A stretch of 64,000 bases of DNA from contig MU061579.1 in the NCBI GenBank assembly GCA_013265495.1, positions 6,610,124 to 6,674,123 on the forward strand, written 5' to 3'. Positions 37,896 to 51,154 of this stretch are shown piece after piece. The stretch's first letter is position 1. Each line of letters opens with the position of its first letter. The notes below the pieces were generated by a model. It had not been told where the DNA came from, made no database searches, and saw nothing but the letters and a program-made list of their open reading frames with translations. Made by a program: the position numbers and the translations under genes. The stretch comes from Vicugna vicugna. Lineage: Eukaryota.

Positions 37896-38639
37896 CAAAT
37901 CTTCATTTTAAAATAAAATACACATGGAATAATGATAATGGAAAGATTTCTTATTCTTTGCCAGGCTTATTTCAAACTTTAGCGTCAGTCAGTCAGTACT
38001 TCTTCATCAAAGATTTCACAAACACCATACTGACAAATGTGAGTGGTAAATTCAGAGTGAAAACAAGACTAGACATAGATTCCAGCTGGATAAATGTATC
38101 AAGGCTTAGTTACTTAAATGTAATGGAGGGAAGTCAGCACCATCATGATATATGATAGGTATTTTCCATTGCCAAATTCAGTATAAGCATTCAGGTTCCC
38201 CCAAAAGAGCCACATACCAGTGGACACACATATTTGTGAGTTAAGGGTGATCTCAGAACTGCTGGTTGCTCAGTGGTCCTTCTGTGTCCATATTTATGTA
38301 CAAAAGGTCAGAATACTTATGTGCACAGGTTAATCTGAATATGTTGGTGACCAACTTACTTGGGCCAGTCCTCCTTATCTCTCTTTGGGATTATTCAATA
38401 TACAATGTGACTATAGAGCAAAGTGCATACATTTTGATATAAACTCAGTTCTCATTTATTACCCTCAGCCTCCCCCGTCTAACAAAGCCTCCTATAAGGA
38501 CTTACCTGAGCTAAAAGCTGCAGCATTATAACCCAAATGAGTTATGAGATGCTCTGGCAGTTGTGTTAGTGGAGCCCTTTGACTACCGTAAGGAATAATC
38601 CTGTAAGAATTCACCATGCATAAGCTATTGCATGGATAG

Positions 38640-38860
38640 CTTTGTATAGTGGGAAAACATAAATTTAGGAACCAGGTCCAAATCTTGAGTCCACCACTTA
38701 CTTAGTTAGCTATATGACTTAGAGAAACTTTCTTAAGTTTCTGAGGCTCAATTTTATCATTTTCTAAAGGTTGTAATAGTATTTACCACTCAGTGTTGTG
38801 GGATGAAATGATTTAAAGTATATAGAAAGCCTCGCCAAGAATAAAGTAAGGATACAAAAA
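38640..38860 (+). mobile_element. MIR SINE
   Basis: ccaccacttacttagttagctatatgactt...cttaagtttctgaggctcaattttatcatttt. Confidence 0.65.
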
Positions 38861-41502
38861 ATGTGTGCTCTCTTTTTTCCTCCATTTCCTCACCTACATT
38901 AAGGTGAAGTCATCACTTTTATTCTCAAAATACTTAGTATCTAATTGTGGAGAAAAGAGTTTTATTCTGATAATGATATTAACTTCGATTGTCATCTTTA
39001 CTTAGGAGGCTGCTGTATGCCAAGCAATAACCTGAATACAATATGTGAAATCTCTCATTTAATCTTCACAAACTTAAGAGGTAGGTACTGTTGTTGTCTT
39101 GACATTTTTCAAATAAAATTTGAATTGGTTAGCTTTGCTATGGTAACAACCCCTGAACTGGTAGTTTTCAATAATAAACAACAAGGCATTTTTTATTTAT
39201 AAATGCTGCTACAGCTCTACTCCATGTGTTTTCTCCTTCTAATAAAAGGCTGAAGCTCAGAGAGAGAAAAAAGAGAGAGAGGAGGGAACTTGAACCACTC
39301 AATTGCTTTTAAAGATTCTGCTTGAACGTTTATGCTACTGGAAGAGCAAATCTCATGGTCAGTTTTGACATGGGCAGAGAAATATACTCCACCTACAAGA
39401 AAAATAGGACAAAGTCACACTGTTACAGGTAGAAAGATTTATAGTCTACCACAAGGTTAAACAATATGCCTAAAGCTACACCTTAACAACTGGGAAAGCC
39501 TATTTAAGAATATCAATGGAGAGTCCCTATTCTTAACTAATCATCCTAAGCATCACATGACTGGTGATGAGGTAGATGAGGTAGATAAGAATTCATAAAG
39601 AGACAATAAATTGATAAAATAGAGAAAAAAGAGATAAAAGAGACAAGAGCTTTACCAGTTACTATGACATTCTTCACAAAAGTAGACAGATGGAATAGAC
39701 AATTTTATTTGGACTAGAACATTGTAAAAGGGAATAATGTGACATATACATAGAAGGAAAGGCTGTAGCCAGATTTGGAAGGATTGGAAATTCAACCTGA
39801 CTGTTTTACTTTGCCCTGTAGTTTCTGGTTAGTTACGGAGGAAGGCTTCATATTAGAGGAATTTTATTAGCATTTCAGTCTGTATCTGTCTTTCAAAAGA
39901 TATGCTTTAATGACAGTAGCTTAAGGGAGGGCATTGTGGTAATTCTAAGTGACACATGGAAAAAACAAAGTATTTGTAGCACAGGAATGCCTTAATTAGG
40001 GTTACTGAAAGACAGCAAATTTGAATCCTTCACCTGGCTTGTGTAAGAGTTACTTCTCTAAATATTCCTTGGTTGATAAATGTATCGTCATTCCTCTAAT
40101 TTTTTAAGAGAAATATCAGTTATTTTAATCATTAAAGTTTATATTTCTTAAAAAAAAACCTTAAGGATAAATTCCAATTATTAAAATCTAGTATGTGTGG
40201 TAAAATTCGTATGTGTTTCATTTTATTTAAGTAAACGATTTTATTCTTTTATTGGGACTCAGGAGAAAAGGCAACATTGGCTGATTTCAAATGAAACAGA
40301 AACCTGTATTTCAGAGACCACTGGAGTGAGAAAAACTAGGATTTCAAAACAAAGAAACACCCCTTCAACCTTAACACATATATTGTCGACTCTGTAATTA
40401 CCTATTTATTTTGCTCCCACTCAGGAAATAGTTTTCAATTATGTTTTTATTCACTTTGATTCGGGAACCAATTGATATGTAAAAGGCTAAAACCGAAAAT
40501 GTCTTGTTTTCACTGAATCGTGTACTCTTTAGCTGTAATTATCTATGACACTTGTACCATTCACCTAATAAATATATTGACAATTCCAAACTCCAGCTAG
40601 TAGTCAGTCATCATTAGCTGTATAAAGTTTGCACTATGGCTCTGTGTTCCACACAAAGTCTGTGTCCTCTACGTTACAACAAATGAGAGGAGAAAGGCTG
40701 TTAACAGTGAGGGCTTGAGACCTGAGGATCTAGAATGAGGTCAGCCTGCATTTCAGCAGCAGCTCTTTCATTTAATAGCTTCGTGGGTACCTAAGCCCTA
40801 GTGTCTCATTTGTAATAGTAAGAATATTCATTTCATAGAATTTTGCAACATAAGTGAAATAACACATTTTGTCACGGCAACAATTTCCAATAAGAACCTC
40901 TTTAACCACATATCTTTAAGTAACTACATATTTTGCTCCTACTTAGTAAACTCAGAATTTGGATCCTTTTCTCAAAGATAAAGACAGTAGATGTAAACCA
41001 TGTTTTCCCCTTCATTCTAAAACCATAGACTGAGTACAAATGTGCCTGAGACTTATCTTCTGGGGAGAATGGGCTGAGGCTGGCTTGTTCCCTGCCCTTA
41101 TGGAGTTTTCAGTCTAGAAAAGGAACTTACAGGCAGACTATCTCCCACTATAATGGAAGATGCATTCATGATCCTTGATTAAGTTTCTTTAGTTACTTTC
41201 TTAATTCAGGAATCTTCATTTTCCTTAGGAAGTCTATACTTCACAGCTCAGATCATAACTATACACTTTTGTTCTAGATCCCAAAGTCTTTATGGGCTCT
41301 CTTATTTTTTGAAGTCTTTACACGACCTCAAACAGTGCTAAAGTAATTAATATAAACTCAGAAAGGTCCAATGTTTATCTACAAATTTAATAGTAATCTA
41401 AAGAGCCTACTCACATTGCTCTTGCTGTAATCATTATTTGTCACTATTTCTAAGGTTTTATCTCTTCTAAGCCAAAAACAGACAACATTCAACCCATTAT
41501 AT

Positions 41503-42035
41503 TCACTCATTTATTAATCTGTGTGTTGAACAGTTATTGAGTGCATCTTTTATGCCAGGCACTGTGCCAGACACTGGAAATAAAATAATGTACAATACAT
41601 AGAGTTTTCCTGACCTTGAGGAATTTGTTCTACTGAGGAAAACACAATTAAAAAAAAATTGACAGATTACCATATGGACTTGGAAGAAGAAAACCTGACT
41701 TCTGTGATAGAAAACAAAACATGGCAGAGTTGGGGTAATCATTACATAGCATATGAAGGAAAACTTTTCTGGGGAGAAGGCATTTTTCAACTGAGACCAA
41801 GGGATGAGAAGAAACTGTTTACGTGAGGAACCTTCCCAGTGGGTAAATTGACAGACACAGGGACTCTGAGACAGGAGACTACTTGACAGGTCTGAGAACT
41901 TGAAGATGGCCAGAGTTACTGGTTAGCACAAGCTAAGGTAGAAAAGCATGAGATGAGTTGAGAGGTAGGCAAGGACAGGTGATGCAGGACCACACAGGCC
42001 ATGGTAAAGAGTTTGGATGGATGTTAGGAAATCAC
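41503..42035 (-). mobile_element. L2 3' region
   Basis: ttattgagtgcatctttatgccaggcactgtgccagacactgg...gagatgagttgagaggtaggcaagg...ggccatggtaaagagtttgga. Confidence 0.75.
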
Positions 42036-42084
42036 TTAGGTGCTCTAAACCTCAAAGATGAAATTACTTTTACAATTGTGTAAA

Positions 42085-42345
42085 TAACAGCTAACATTTA
42101 AATGCTCTTACCAAGTACCAAGAATTGTTCCAAACACTTTTACAGATGTTATTAACTTATTTAATCCCCATAACAACCCTTTGAAATAGGTGCTATTATC
42201 ATTTCATTTTATAGAAGAGAAAATTGAGTTATTGTGAGATTAAGTATCTTGCCTAAGATTCCAAGCTAATAAGTAGTAGAACTGAGATTGAAACCCAGGC
42301 AGTCTATCTCCAGAATCTGAGTTCTATTTCTTACTATGTTGCATT
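42085..42345 (-). mobile_element. Near full-length MIR SINE
   Basis: taacagctaacattt...atttaatccccataacaaccctttgaaataggtgctattatc...ttaagtatcttgcctaag...gattgaaacccaggcagtct. Confidence 0.85.
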
Positions 42346-43702
42346 AGTTTGTGGGTCTTGTCCAAACTTGAAATCAGGAATGTTGAGTAAACATCTGCCC
42401 TGCATCAGTGGGAACAGCATTCTAGTTCTTCATCTATCTCAACATACTGTAGATATTTTTGCTACTAAAAATCACAGACTTTAACCACTTAAAGAGACAA
42501 ACAAATTTTTTATGTGATATTCATGAGACTTTAAAAAGATAACCAACTCATCCCAGGTGGCACAACTACTACATAGCCATCATAAACACTATTAGGACTT
42601 GGTAGGGCAGACATAATTTTTAAGCAATGAATGCTCAAATATATTTGAACATTCTTGTGAAAATCAGTTTGGGGCTATGTAAACTAATCACAATGTCATG
42701 AGATCTTTTTAATAAGTGATGGTTTAAATTATTTGAACTTGGAAAAGCAGTCTTAGATTCTTCTTAAATACTGTGCTATAAAAACTTAACAACGAGATAA
42801 AAATCCTGAAATCGGTTAAAAATATTAAATTGATGCTAGAGAAAATGCAAACAAAGACATTTTACCTAATATTTTTCTAAGATCCACACAAGCATAATAG
42901 GGGAAATGGTTGCTATAGTAATAAAGGTTTTGTGACATCTAAGAAGGCAACAAGTCTAATAAAGTTAACTGTCAAGATACTGTGAGGCATTTCAAAACAT
43001 AAAAGAAGACAATTTCTCATCCTAAAAATACAACAATAGATGAAGCATTCCTCAGACAGACCATGCATTTACTGAATCACAAACATTAACTGAGCACTTA
43101 CTCTGAAACAGGTGGCTTTGCAAAATGCATAAGTTTCTGTCCTTATGGGGCTTATGTTCTAGCCAAGAGAACTAGTCAAACATACATCAAATAACAAAAT
43201 GTCGAAAGACAATCAGGATAAATAAAAGTTGTGAGTTCATAAATACAAAAATCAACGCAAACTTTGCTAGCAAAGAAATCAAATCAGTCCTATTCAGGCA
43301 TTTTAGGGACAAAAAACTTCATGGCTACTAATCTGGTAGAGCTAAACATGGAGTCAATGTAAACAATTTGCAACTCACTTCAAGACGCAGATGGTACATG
43401 AAAGATGTATTCCTCTGCCAGAATTAAAAACCCACCTTCATTATCATTCAGTGTCTATAGGCATCTCTCTCAACAGAGGAGAGGTTGGGTATCTGTCAGG
43501 CTGGACTAATACAATACCAGTCCTCAAGAGACTTACATAAAGGACATAAAAAACAGAGCAAATTAACAGCTGTGTAAAGATATGTAACTGAAGATTGACC
43601 AAGTGTGAAAAAAAAAAAAAGAGTGTTTGACACAGGCACTCACAAAACAGGCTAAAGAAAGTGGGGACACTTTGTAAGGGAGTATGGAGGCATTCAAGGC
43701 AC

Positions 43703-44193
43703 CTGTCCTTGGCAGTGTGTTTTTAGGTCCATTTTACATGCTTTTGCTCTGCTCTGTATCACAGTGCTATTGATCCCTGTAGGCTGTGTCTTCCTTATTT
43801 TTCTATTAGGTGGCTTGACTAGTTTTACACAACAAGAAGAAACAGCAGAAGACTGGAGAGTTAGTGGGAGGAAAGGAGAAGCCAGGGTATGTCTCCCCTG
43901 TTCTCTTTTTACTTACAGTGGGATGCTTCCCTGGCTCCAACTCCTCCTGGACAACTCCATCTTAATTCCAGCTCTCACCAGGTGACTCCAGGCCCCAGAA
44001 ATTAGTAACACTACCTCTTTGCTTATCTCTCTACTCTAGAAATAGTAGTGTCTTCCTGCTTGTCTCTATATTGCCTCAATGTCTCTGCTTGGCTCTCCAG
44101 CTTTTCTATAACCTGTATTCATTACCCTATATTAAATTCCCCATCTGTTTTAAAGACATATAGGTTTGCTTTTTCCTGGCTGGAACTGATGCA
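43703..44193 (+). mobile_element. ERVL solo LTR (LTR33-like)
   Basis: ctctgctctgtat...gagaagccagggtat...ccagctctcaccaggtgac...attaaattcccc...ttttcctggctgga. Confidence 0.7.
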
Positions 44194-44239
44194 GAAAAGA
44201 TGGAGAATATTGTAGAGGAAACCACATATATTTCAAATC

Positions 44240-44465
44240 TTTAGTTTGAATCCTGGTATGTCATTGGGACTGTCTAAACTTGAGAAAGAGCTGTGAAAAT
44301 GATATGCCTCAAGTTCTCATTAATCCATCCTTCCCTTCATTCAACAATCTACCAACTGAAAATAATACCTGCCTTCTAGTCTGATTGCGAGGATAAGAAA
44401 AAGTCATGCACACAAAGTTCTTAGCATTGTGCCTGTCTGATAGTAAGTAGGTCCTCAGTGAATGA
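44240..44465 (+). mobile_element. MIR fragment
   Basis: gtttgaatcctgg...gattgcgaggataa...aaagttcttagcattgtgcctg. Confidence 0.5.
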
Positions 44466-44599
44466 TACTTCATTTCCCTTCATGATTTCCTCTTGCCTCC
44501 AAACCATGTCCGTCACACTTACATTTCCTATGCAATGGATCATGCTACATATAGAGTCTTGGCTAAGATCTGTGTGTGTGTGTGTATTAAATCAAATTT

Positions 44600-44810
44600 T
44601 AAGATATACATGTATTTCATTTAATCATTATGAGAATTCTCAGCAGTTAGTTGCTATTATTAGATGCTTTATACAAGTAAGGAAACTAAGGCTTAAAATG
44701 TTAATTGAAATGTCTGAAGTCATATAGATAACTCTAGCAAGTGGTAGGGCCAGAATTCAAACTTACGTCTGTCTGACTCCTAAGTCTGTGGGCTTTACTC
44801 TGCTATATAA
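44600..44810 (-). mobile_element. MIR fragment
   Basis: tcatttaatc...aaggaaactaaggctt...aagtggtagggccagaattcaaac...gtctgtctgactcc. Confidence 0.7.
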
Positions 44811-45934
44811 CCTCCTGTCACTACAAAGATAAATCATATCTGGTCCTCAGATACTCTGAAGGCAGGGAAAATACATGACCCCCAATACTGCCAACTCTCC
44901 TCCCCTTTGGGATCTAAGCTTTTGTGTAGGTCACCTAAGGAACTGGGAACTTGGCTTTTAGCAAAACTGAATACTTTAAGAGTGGAGGATAATGTATCTT
45001 ATGAAATCGGAATGGTAATATTTTAGGCCAGTCAGAATGTCATGAAGAGTCTATAGTATATAATACTTAAAAATAAAGTATATAATAAGTAAGCATAAAG
45101 CACCTAAAAGATGAAGATGTATTAAGTATATTGTACTAGTATATGAAGATGTAGCTTAAAGGTATATACAGTTTTAAAGAAGGGCAGGCAAAGAATGCAT
45201 ATATTTTTAAGATTATAAGATTACAGATATGCTTTTAAGTATAACATAAGACATAATAATAATGTCTGTATTATATACATATATATGTAATTACACATAT
45301 AATTATATAAATGAAAAAAGAAAAAATCACAGAACAAGTTACTAAGGATAGTTATGAAACTGAACTCATGATGCTTCAATTTTAAGAAAGTGTTGAACAT
45401 GTACATTGCTTGGATTTATCATGTTTTCTTTCTGTATAAGAAAATAAAAGGAAACTTCAGAATTAAAAAGATATTCAAAAGCATGCCATCACAAAGAAAT
45501 GATGTCTACTTAAAAAGGTTTTTAGACATAAAGTCATAAATAACCATCATACCAAAACTCAAAACTCAGGAAAAGTTAGCTTCTTAATCACCATTTTTAG
45601 TATTTTTTTTTTACTATAATTGGAACAAAAATAAGCAGGGTGAATGTCTCCTTATTTGCTGTATTTAAAATAAGTATTTCCTTGTTGTAACAAATTACCA
45701 CAAGAAAAAAATCTCTTTAAGAATTTGTTCACGAAAGACTTTAAGCTGAATCAACAGTATTAATCAGAGGGGGCATCTATTGTATTGCAAGAGGGGAAAA
45801 CACCAGTAAAACTAAATTGAAATAGAATGTGTGGATCACTGAAATAAGAAGACTATCTGTGAAAAAAAATAGATAAAGTAAGGAAAGGAAGCTGCAGAAT
45901 ACCTTCAGCGCAGAAATGAGTGAATCAAGAATAT

Positions 45935-46740
45935 AGTGAGTTTCCAGCCCCTGTTTAGAATGCAGATAGTGTGAAAGGGCATTACTCCAAATTTAACAAG
46001 AAAAAACTAGATAACTTACAAATTCACAGCTTTTCTTGAACCCACCAAAGTGCTGAGATTGCAGGATATCAACTAACTGAAAATCTAGGTAGAGACAGAT
46101 GCTTTCAAGGAGAGAGGAATGTGATTACTTGCTCACTGGGACAGACAACGAGTGACATGTAAGTAGGTAAGAAAAATTCGGTTAAATTTTTAAAATAAAT
46201 TTGTAGAGGTCAAGTATTGGCTAGCAAGAGAGTGTAGAATGACTAAAAACTATAGATACAGGGAAATTAGCAACTAACAGGAGCTTCTCTATGGACCTCG
46301 ATGAGCGCTTACAAAAAAGATCTGGGCAGGGAGAGCAATCCGAGAGAGCCTCCTTCCTGGTGCTTTCACGGGAGGGTGGCAGCAGCTGTTGTAAAAAAAA
46401 AGGCATGAAAACCCATCTTCTTCCTTCTCCCCTTTAAGCCTTTGTGGGAAAAGCAGCAAACTCTGTTGCCCTCAGGACATGAGTGAAGAACCAGTAGATC
46501 TGGGGGAAGACAGGAGACAACAACCATCTAAGGACAGAAAAATGTACTAGGTCTAGACCATCAGAGATCCCCTACCACAAGGAGAGGGGAATCGTTAAGA
46601 AGGTTGCAACCTCAGCACCTGTCAAGATGGAGGTTCCAGGACACAGATACTGTCCCTCTACCCCCTGCCCCACCAGGAGTCTACACTGGGGAGGGGAAAG
46701 GATGTGGAAAGGAAACTTCGAAGCACAGGCTCACTGTGAC
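45935..46740 (+). mobile_element. Old L1M 5'UTR-type fragment
   Basis: aactagataacttacaaattcacagcttttcttgaacccaccaaagtgctgag...gagacagatgctttcaaggagag, resembling L1MC/MD 5' ends. Confidence 0.5.
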
Positions 46741-47002
46741 TTTGTTTAAGTCTCTCCTTCTCTGCTTTGAACATCAATCAGATATACCAACATAATACCT
46801 TATGATCTTTCCCCATACTTTATTTATTAAAAGACATATTCATTGTTTCATTGAAATTAAACCTTAGAGAGAGTCTAGTATAACTTTTAGCCAACTAAAT
46901 CCTCATAAAAAACTCATAGGTGAATATTTCCATCTTGGCTTTTAGTTAATTTCATATTGAGTCTAGCTGCAAGCCTGAAGGTAAGTTGGGGAGGTTATTT
47001 AG

Positions 47003-47554
47003 TTGTCTCTTAGCCCCTGTATACACTCTTCTATATTCTGCTCTGTCCTGCTGGGGTGGGAATCACTTTTCCCGTGATCTGTTGCTAATTGATTTTTTAT
47101 TAGATCTATGTTCTGACAATAGGAACACTTGTGAGTGATGAAAAGATTGAAAGTAAAGCTTTCTGCTTCTGGTCAATAGTATTGATGGCACTTGATGGGA
47201 ATTGTGATGTCTGCAGCAAAGGTGAATGATTTTAGATTCAGCAACCTGGACAGAGGTAGCACCTTTTCAGAAATTAGAGCCCTGATAGAAGAAGCACCTG
47301 CTCAGCAGATGCAGAACTGTCTATGATAGTGTGTCCAACAGGGCAGCTTCAGGCTCCTGGACTCAAGTCCACAGTTAGAATCAGCTTTGGATTTCACATT
47401 GTCACCATTTTTCCTTCTGCAGCCATCTTCCTTTTCTCCTTTACAAGTTCAGCCCTTCAAACATCTTTGCAACCAATTCCTTCTATTCAATTCTTCATGA
47501 CTGAAATCCCCAGAGTGGTTTCTTTATTCCTGTCTAGACTCTTCCTCATATACA
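47003..47554 (+). mobile_element. ERVL solo LTR (LTR33/LTR41-like)
   Basis: cttctatattctgctctgtcctgctgggg...ttctgacaatagg...tgcaaccaattcc...tgaaatccccagagtggtttct...tataca. Confidence 0.55.
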
Positions 47555-49523
47555 TGTGTTTTAACTCACAGACATTGAAAAGAAGAAGTAGTGAAGCAAC
47601 TGGGACAGGATACTATAATTCACCTGTCAACAGAGGCAAAAGCATTGTGGCTGAAATAAATTATCTGACAAAGAAAAGTTACAATTGCATTTATGCAAGG
47701 TTACTTTTGAAGAAAAAAAGTGAGTGTTGATTTAGTGAAGCCATTTACTAGACTATTGACCTTCTCTTATGGATCTGTCCACAGTAAAATGGAATTAATT
47801 TGGCTACCTTTTAATGGAATGGACATTTCCCCCATGTATTTGAAGGCAGATACAGTCTCACTTGTATCTGGGTCTTTGCACATATGACTTTAATCTCTTT
47901 TCTTCCTCTCCCTGTATGACTCAAAGATTAATAGGTGTTTCATCTGGGGAGATTTTTGGCTCACCATTCCCTTTCCAACTATGTTATGTGCCTATGCCAT
48001 AAGCTTTCCTGGGACACTCTACTTCCCTATCAGACTGTTTAACTAGCTTTATTATTGTTGCTTAATTTACTATCATCTCAGATAATTTTCATGGAGGGCA
48101 AGGAAACTCCTTCAGTTTCCTACCATCCTACAGCCATACTTGCCATTGCTTCTCTAGAACATGGCCCCTCTAAGGCTTCCAAGGATAATTTGCTGGATGA
48201 TGAGATTACTCCTAATATCTATTAAGTCACAATGCCTCCTATCTTCAACAGTACAGGAAACACAAAAAGCATTAAAAATATGTTTCTAAAGAACTGACAA
48301 TTGCTTGTGAGGATGAGGCATATAGAATGTAAACTGACAAACAGCTGTTATGTGAGCTGCAGGAGAACATGTGATGCAAATCATGGTCCTTCACTGACTC
48401 CAGAATCCTCCACCCCCTGACTTTTCTTTTTGCAGAGAAAGACATGAGCATAGGATGCCAGGTCTCACGTGGAGGGGATTATCAGCAGCTTTTTCTTTAT
48501 TCCTTTAAATGCACAATGTCCCCAAGAGAAGTTTGTGCAAATATGCCAGAGGTATTTTGTCAGCATTGACATTTGCATGACAATCTCCCAAGTGGTAAAT
48601 TTCTACTTCCATGTACACACTGACTAATTACATATTTTCCTTCACCATTAACTTGTCCTTTTCCTAGTTGATGTATACTGTCACAACTGCACTTTGGTCT
48701 AGCTATAACTTATAGAAGCTTGTAATGTTGTCTTTCTTCACTAAAATTCCAACCAAGGGTCAGGAAGCTTTGTAACCATAAAACACAAGTGCAGAATGTC
48801 TTTCTCATACAATCTTTATATCCAGTGACAAGAACATTTGCCAGAAGCTGTTCCAAAAAGCCAACCCCTACTAGATGTAGTAAAAGTATAAATATAGTTT
48901 GATTTGGAAATTGACTCATGTTTTTTACATAATTGCAGCTAGATAAAACTGAAGCTTTAGAGATTTGAAATTCCAATCAATCTGATCTGAAATAAATGTA
49001 AATCCTACAGTAAGTGAATAAATAGCACATTTGCAAAATGATAAATGGCAGTTATTGAATTCAACTAAGCAGTATCAACCAATAAACTCTGAACACATTG
49101 AGAAGAGAGAAAATTACATTTGATTACTTATCAGCAAATCCTAAGAGGCAAAGTTTTTTAAAAGGTTATGGAAATTGTACAGCATGTTAAGTTATTAGGG
49201 ATGGGAACATATTTCTTACTTGAGTACTTGGTTACTCCGACCTCTTGTTCATGTCAAACTAAATTCTAGCTCAAAGTTACAGTGTACTGAATTCCACCTC
49301 CACAAAGGTTATATGACATGTTTGTCACTTTTGATGACAATTGTCTTTTACAGAAATGAACCTTTCTACAAGCCTTTGACATGTGACCTATAAAAATTTA
49401 CATGAAATTTAGATCTTTGCTACTATGGATTTTTAACGGACTTTTATTTATTAGAGAAGTTTATTTTGATATAATGAAAAATAAACACGGGGAAATTCTT
49501 TAAGTTAGAATTTTCTTCCTTGA

Positions 49524-49574
49524 TGCAAATACAGCTTGGTTGCAAATACAGCTTGATTGCAAACACCGCTCAGT
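49524..49574. repeat. Three tandem 17-bp units
   Basis: tgcaaatacagcttggt / tgcaaatacagcttgat / tgcaaacaccgctcagt. Confidence 0.85.
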
Positions 49575-49960
49575 GACACAGTTGATTAATCTACAATATA
49601 TTTACTTTGCATTATCCTGGGCATTGGATTGTATATTTTATAAACAAAAAAGATTTGGAACTGTAGCTCCCGTAGGACTAAAGGAATAAATACAAATGAT
49701 AATTCAATGTGCTTGGTCACAAGCATTCATTCAACATTTGTCAAACCTTTCATATAAGGTTTAGTTTAAGATTTCTACTGGATATAGATGAACCAAATAC
49801 AATCCTTAAGGAATGTATAGTCTATATGCAAGATCAGACTGGTATGCAAATAACTTCAATACAGGATAGAACACAATTATCAGTAAGCGACATAAAGATA
49901 AAGTCACAGGAGAATTCAGGAGTAGAAAAAACTTTTTGGCTGACGGAAAAAGAAAACACC

Positions 49961-50410
49961 TATCGTGGATTAAAATGTGTCCTGCAAAAGATATGTCAAA
50001 GTCCTAATCCCACTATCTGTGAATGTGACCTTATTTGGAAATTTTGTATTTTCAGATACAATTAAGTAAGGGATATCTGGATGAGATAATTTTGGAATAA
50101 GGGTAGGCCCTAATCCAATGACTGTAAGAGAAAAGAAAGAGAAATTTGAGACCAAGAGCCACAGGGAAGGAGGTGATGTGAAGACGAAGGCAGAGATCAG
50201 AGTTATGTTGCCACAAACCAAGGAAGCCTGCAGTTCCCACATGCTGGAATAAGCAAACAAGGATTCTCTCCTGAGATTTCAGAGAAAGTGTGGTCCTGTC
50301 AATGCCTTGATTTTGGATTTTGGCCTTCAAAATTCTGAGGGAATCAATTCCTGTGATTTTAAGCTTCCAACCCTTGTAGTAATTTGTTATACACGTAGGA
50401 AAGTAATATA
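49961..50410 (+). mobile_element. MLT1C-type MaLR solo LTR inserted in L2
   Basis: gaatgtgaccttatttggaaat...ggccctaatccaatgact...gtgaagacgaaggcagagatc...gtagtaatttgttat; 5-bp TSD ACACC at 49956-49960 and 50411-50415. Confidence 0.9.
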
Positions 50411-50649
50411 ACACCACCTACAGAGACAACATATGGGTTGAATCATGAAGGATGGATTCTATTTGGACAGTCAAAGCTTTTCATGTAGCAGAATGCATGA
50501 CATTCCTTGCAGAAAGAATACTTGAGTAAAGACTTGGGGAGTTGGGGATGATTGAAGGGAAAAGGAAGTAAGTTTTTCAGCATCCTAGAATAATAAATGA
50601 ATGATGTGGAAAAGTAGAAGAGACCAGAAGAGAACAGGGGTTAATTTTC

Positions 50650-50828
50650 TCTTTGAAGGCTCTACAGGAGGATCCTTGCCTGCTTCTTCCAGCTTCTGGG
50701 GCTCCAGGCTTCTGTGCCTTGTGATGGCATAATTATACTCTCTACCTTCATCTTCACACGGCCTTCTCCCCTGTGTCTCATGTCTCAAAGCTCTCTGCTC
50801 ATCAGTCATTGGATTAGAGCCACCCATA
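50650..50828 (-). mobile_element. Internal MLT1C-type fragment
   Basis: gaaggctctacaggaggatccttgcctgcttcttccagcttctgg...atcttcacacggccttctccc...cagtcattggattagagccaccc. Confidence 0.7.
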
Positions 50829-51154
50829 CCTCCAGAGAATTGGGGTTGCAGTGTAGAGAGAGAGAGAGAGAGAAGGAAGTGTGAGTAGGAACAAAAAAAG
50901 TTGGAAACCAGCATAGAAACCATTGGAGAAAGAGATGAAGCAAAATGATAAAAATATATATATATATGCATCTCTGGTAGAGATGCCAAGGAGCATGAGA
51001 CCTAGAGAATGAGACTCTTGGTTACTGTTGTTTCTCTGAAGTGCAGACATTTTAGGCAGAATATTTTTGAGAGAGAAGAACCAGTCACTGTATTTGCATG
51101 GATGAGTACTCTAATAATATGAGAGATATATTTTCCTTATTTAAAGTTTTTACA

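Noticed and set aside
46946..46986. AAG|GTAAGT donor with a 35-nt upstream exon candidate
   Set aside because: Not frame-preserving, ambiguous acceptor and no partner exons.
47323..47730. 135 aa ORF (longest in the window)
   Set aside because: The first half lies in an LTR33-like element; no recognisable domain.
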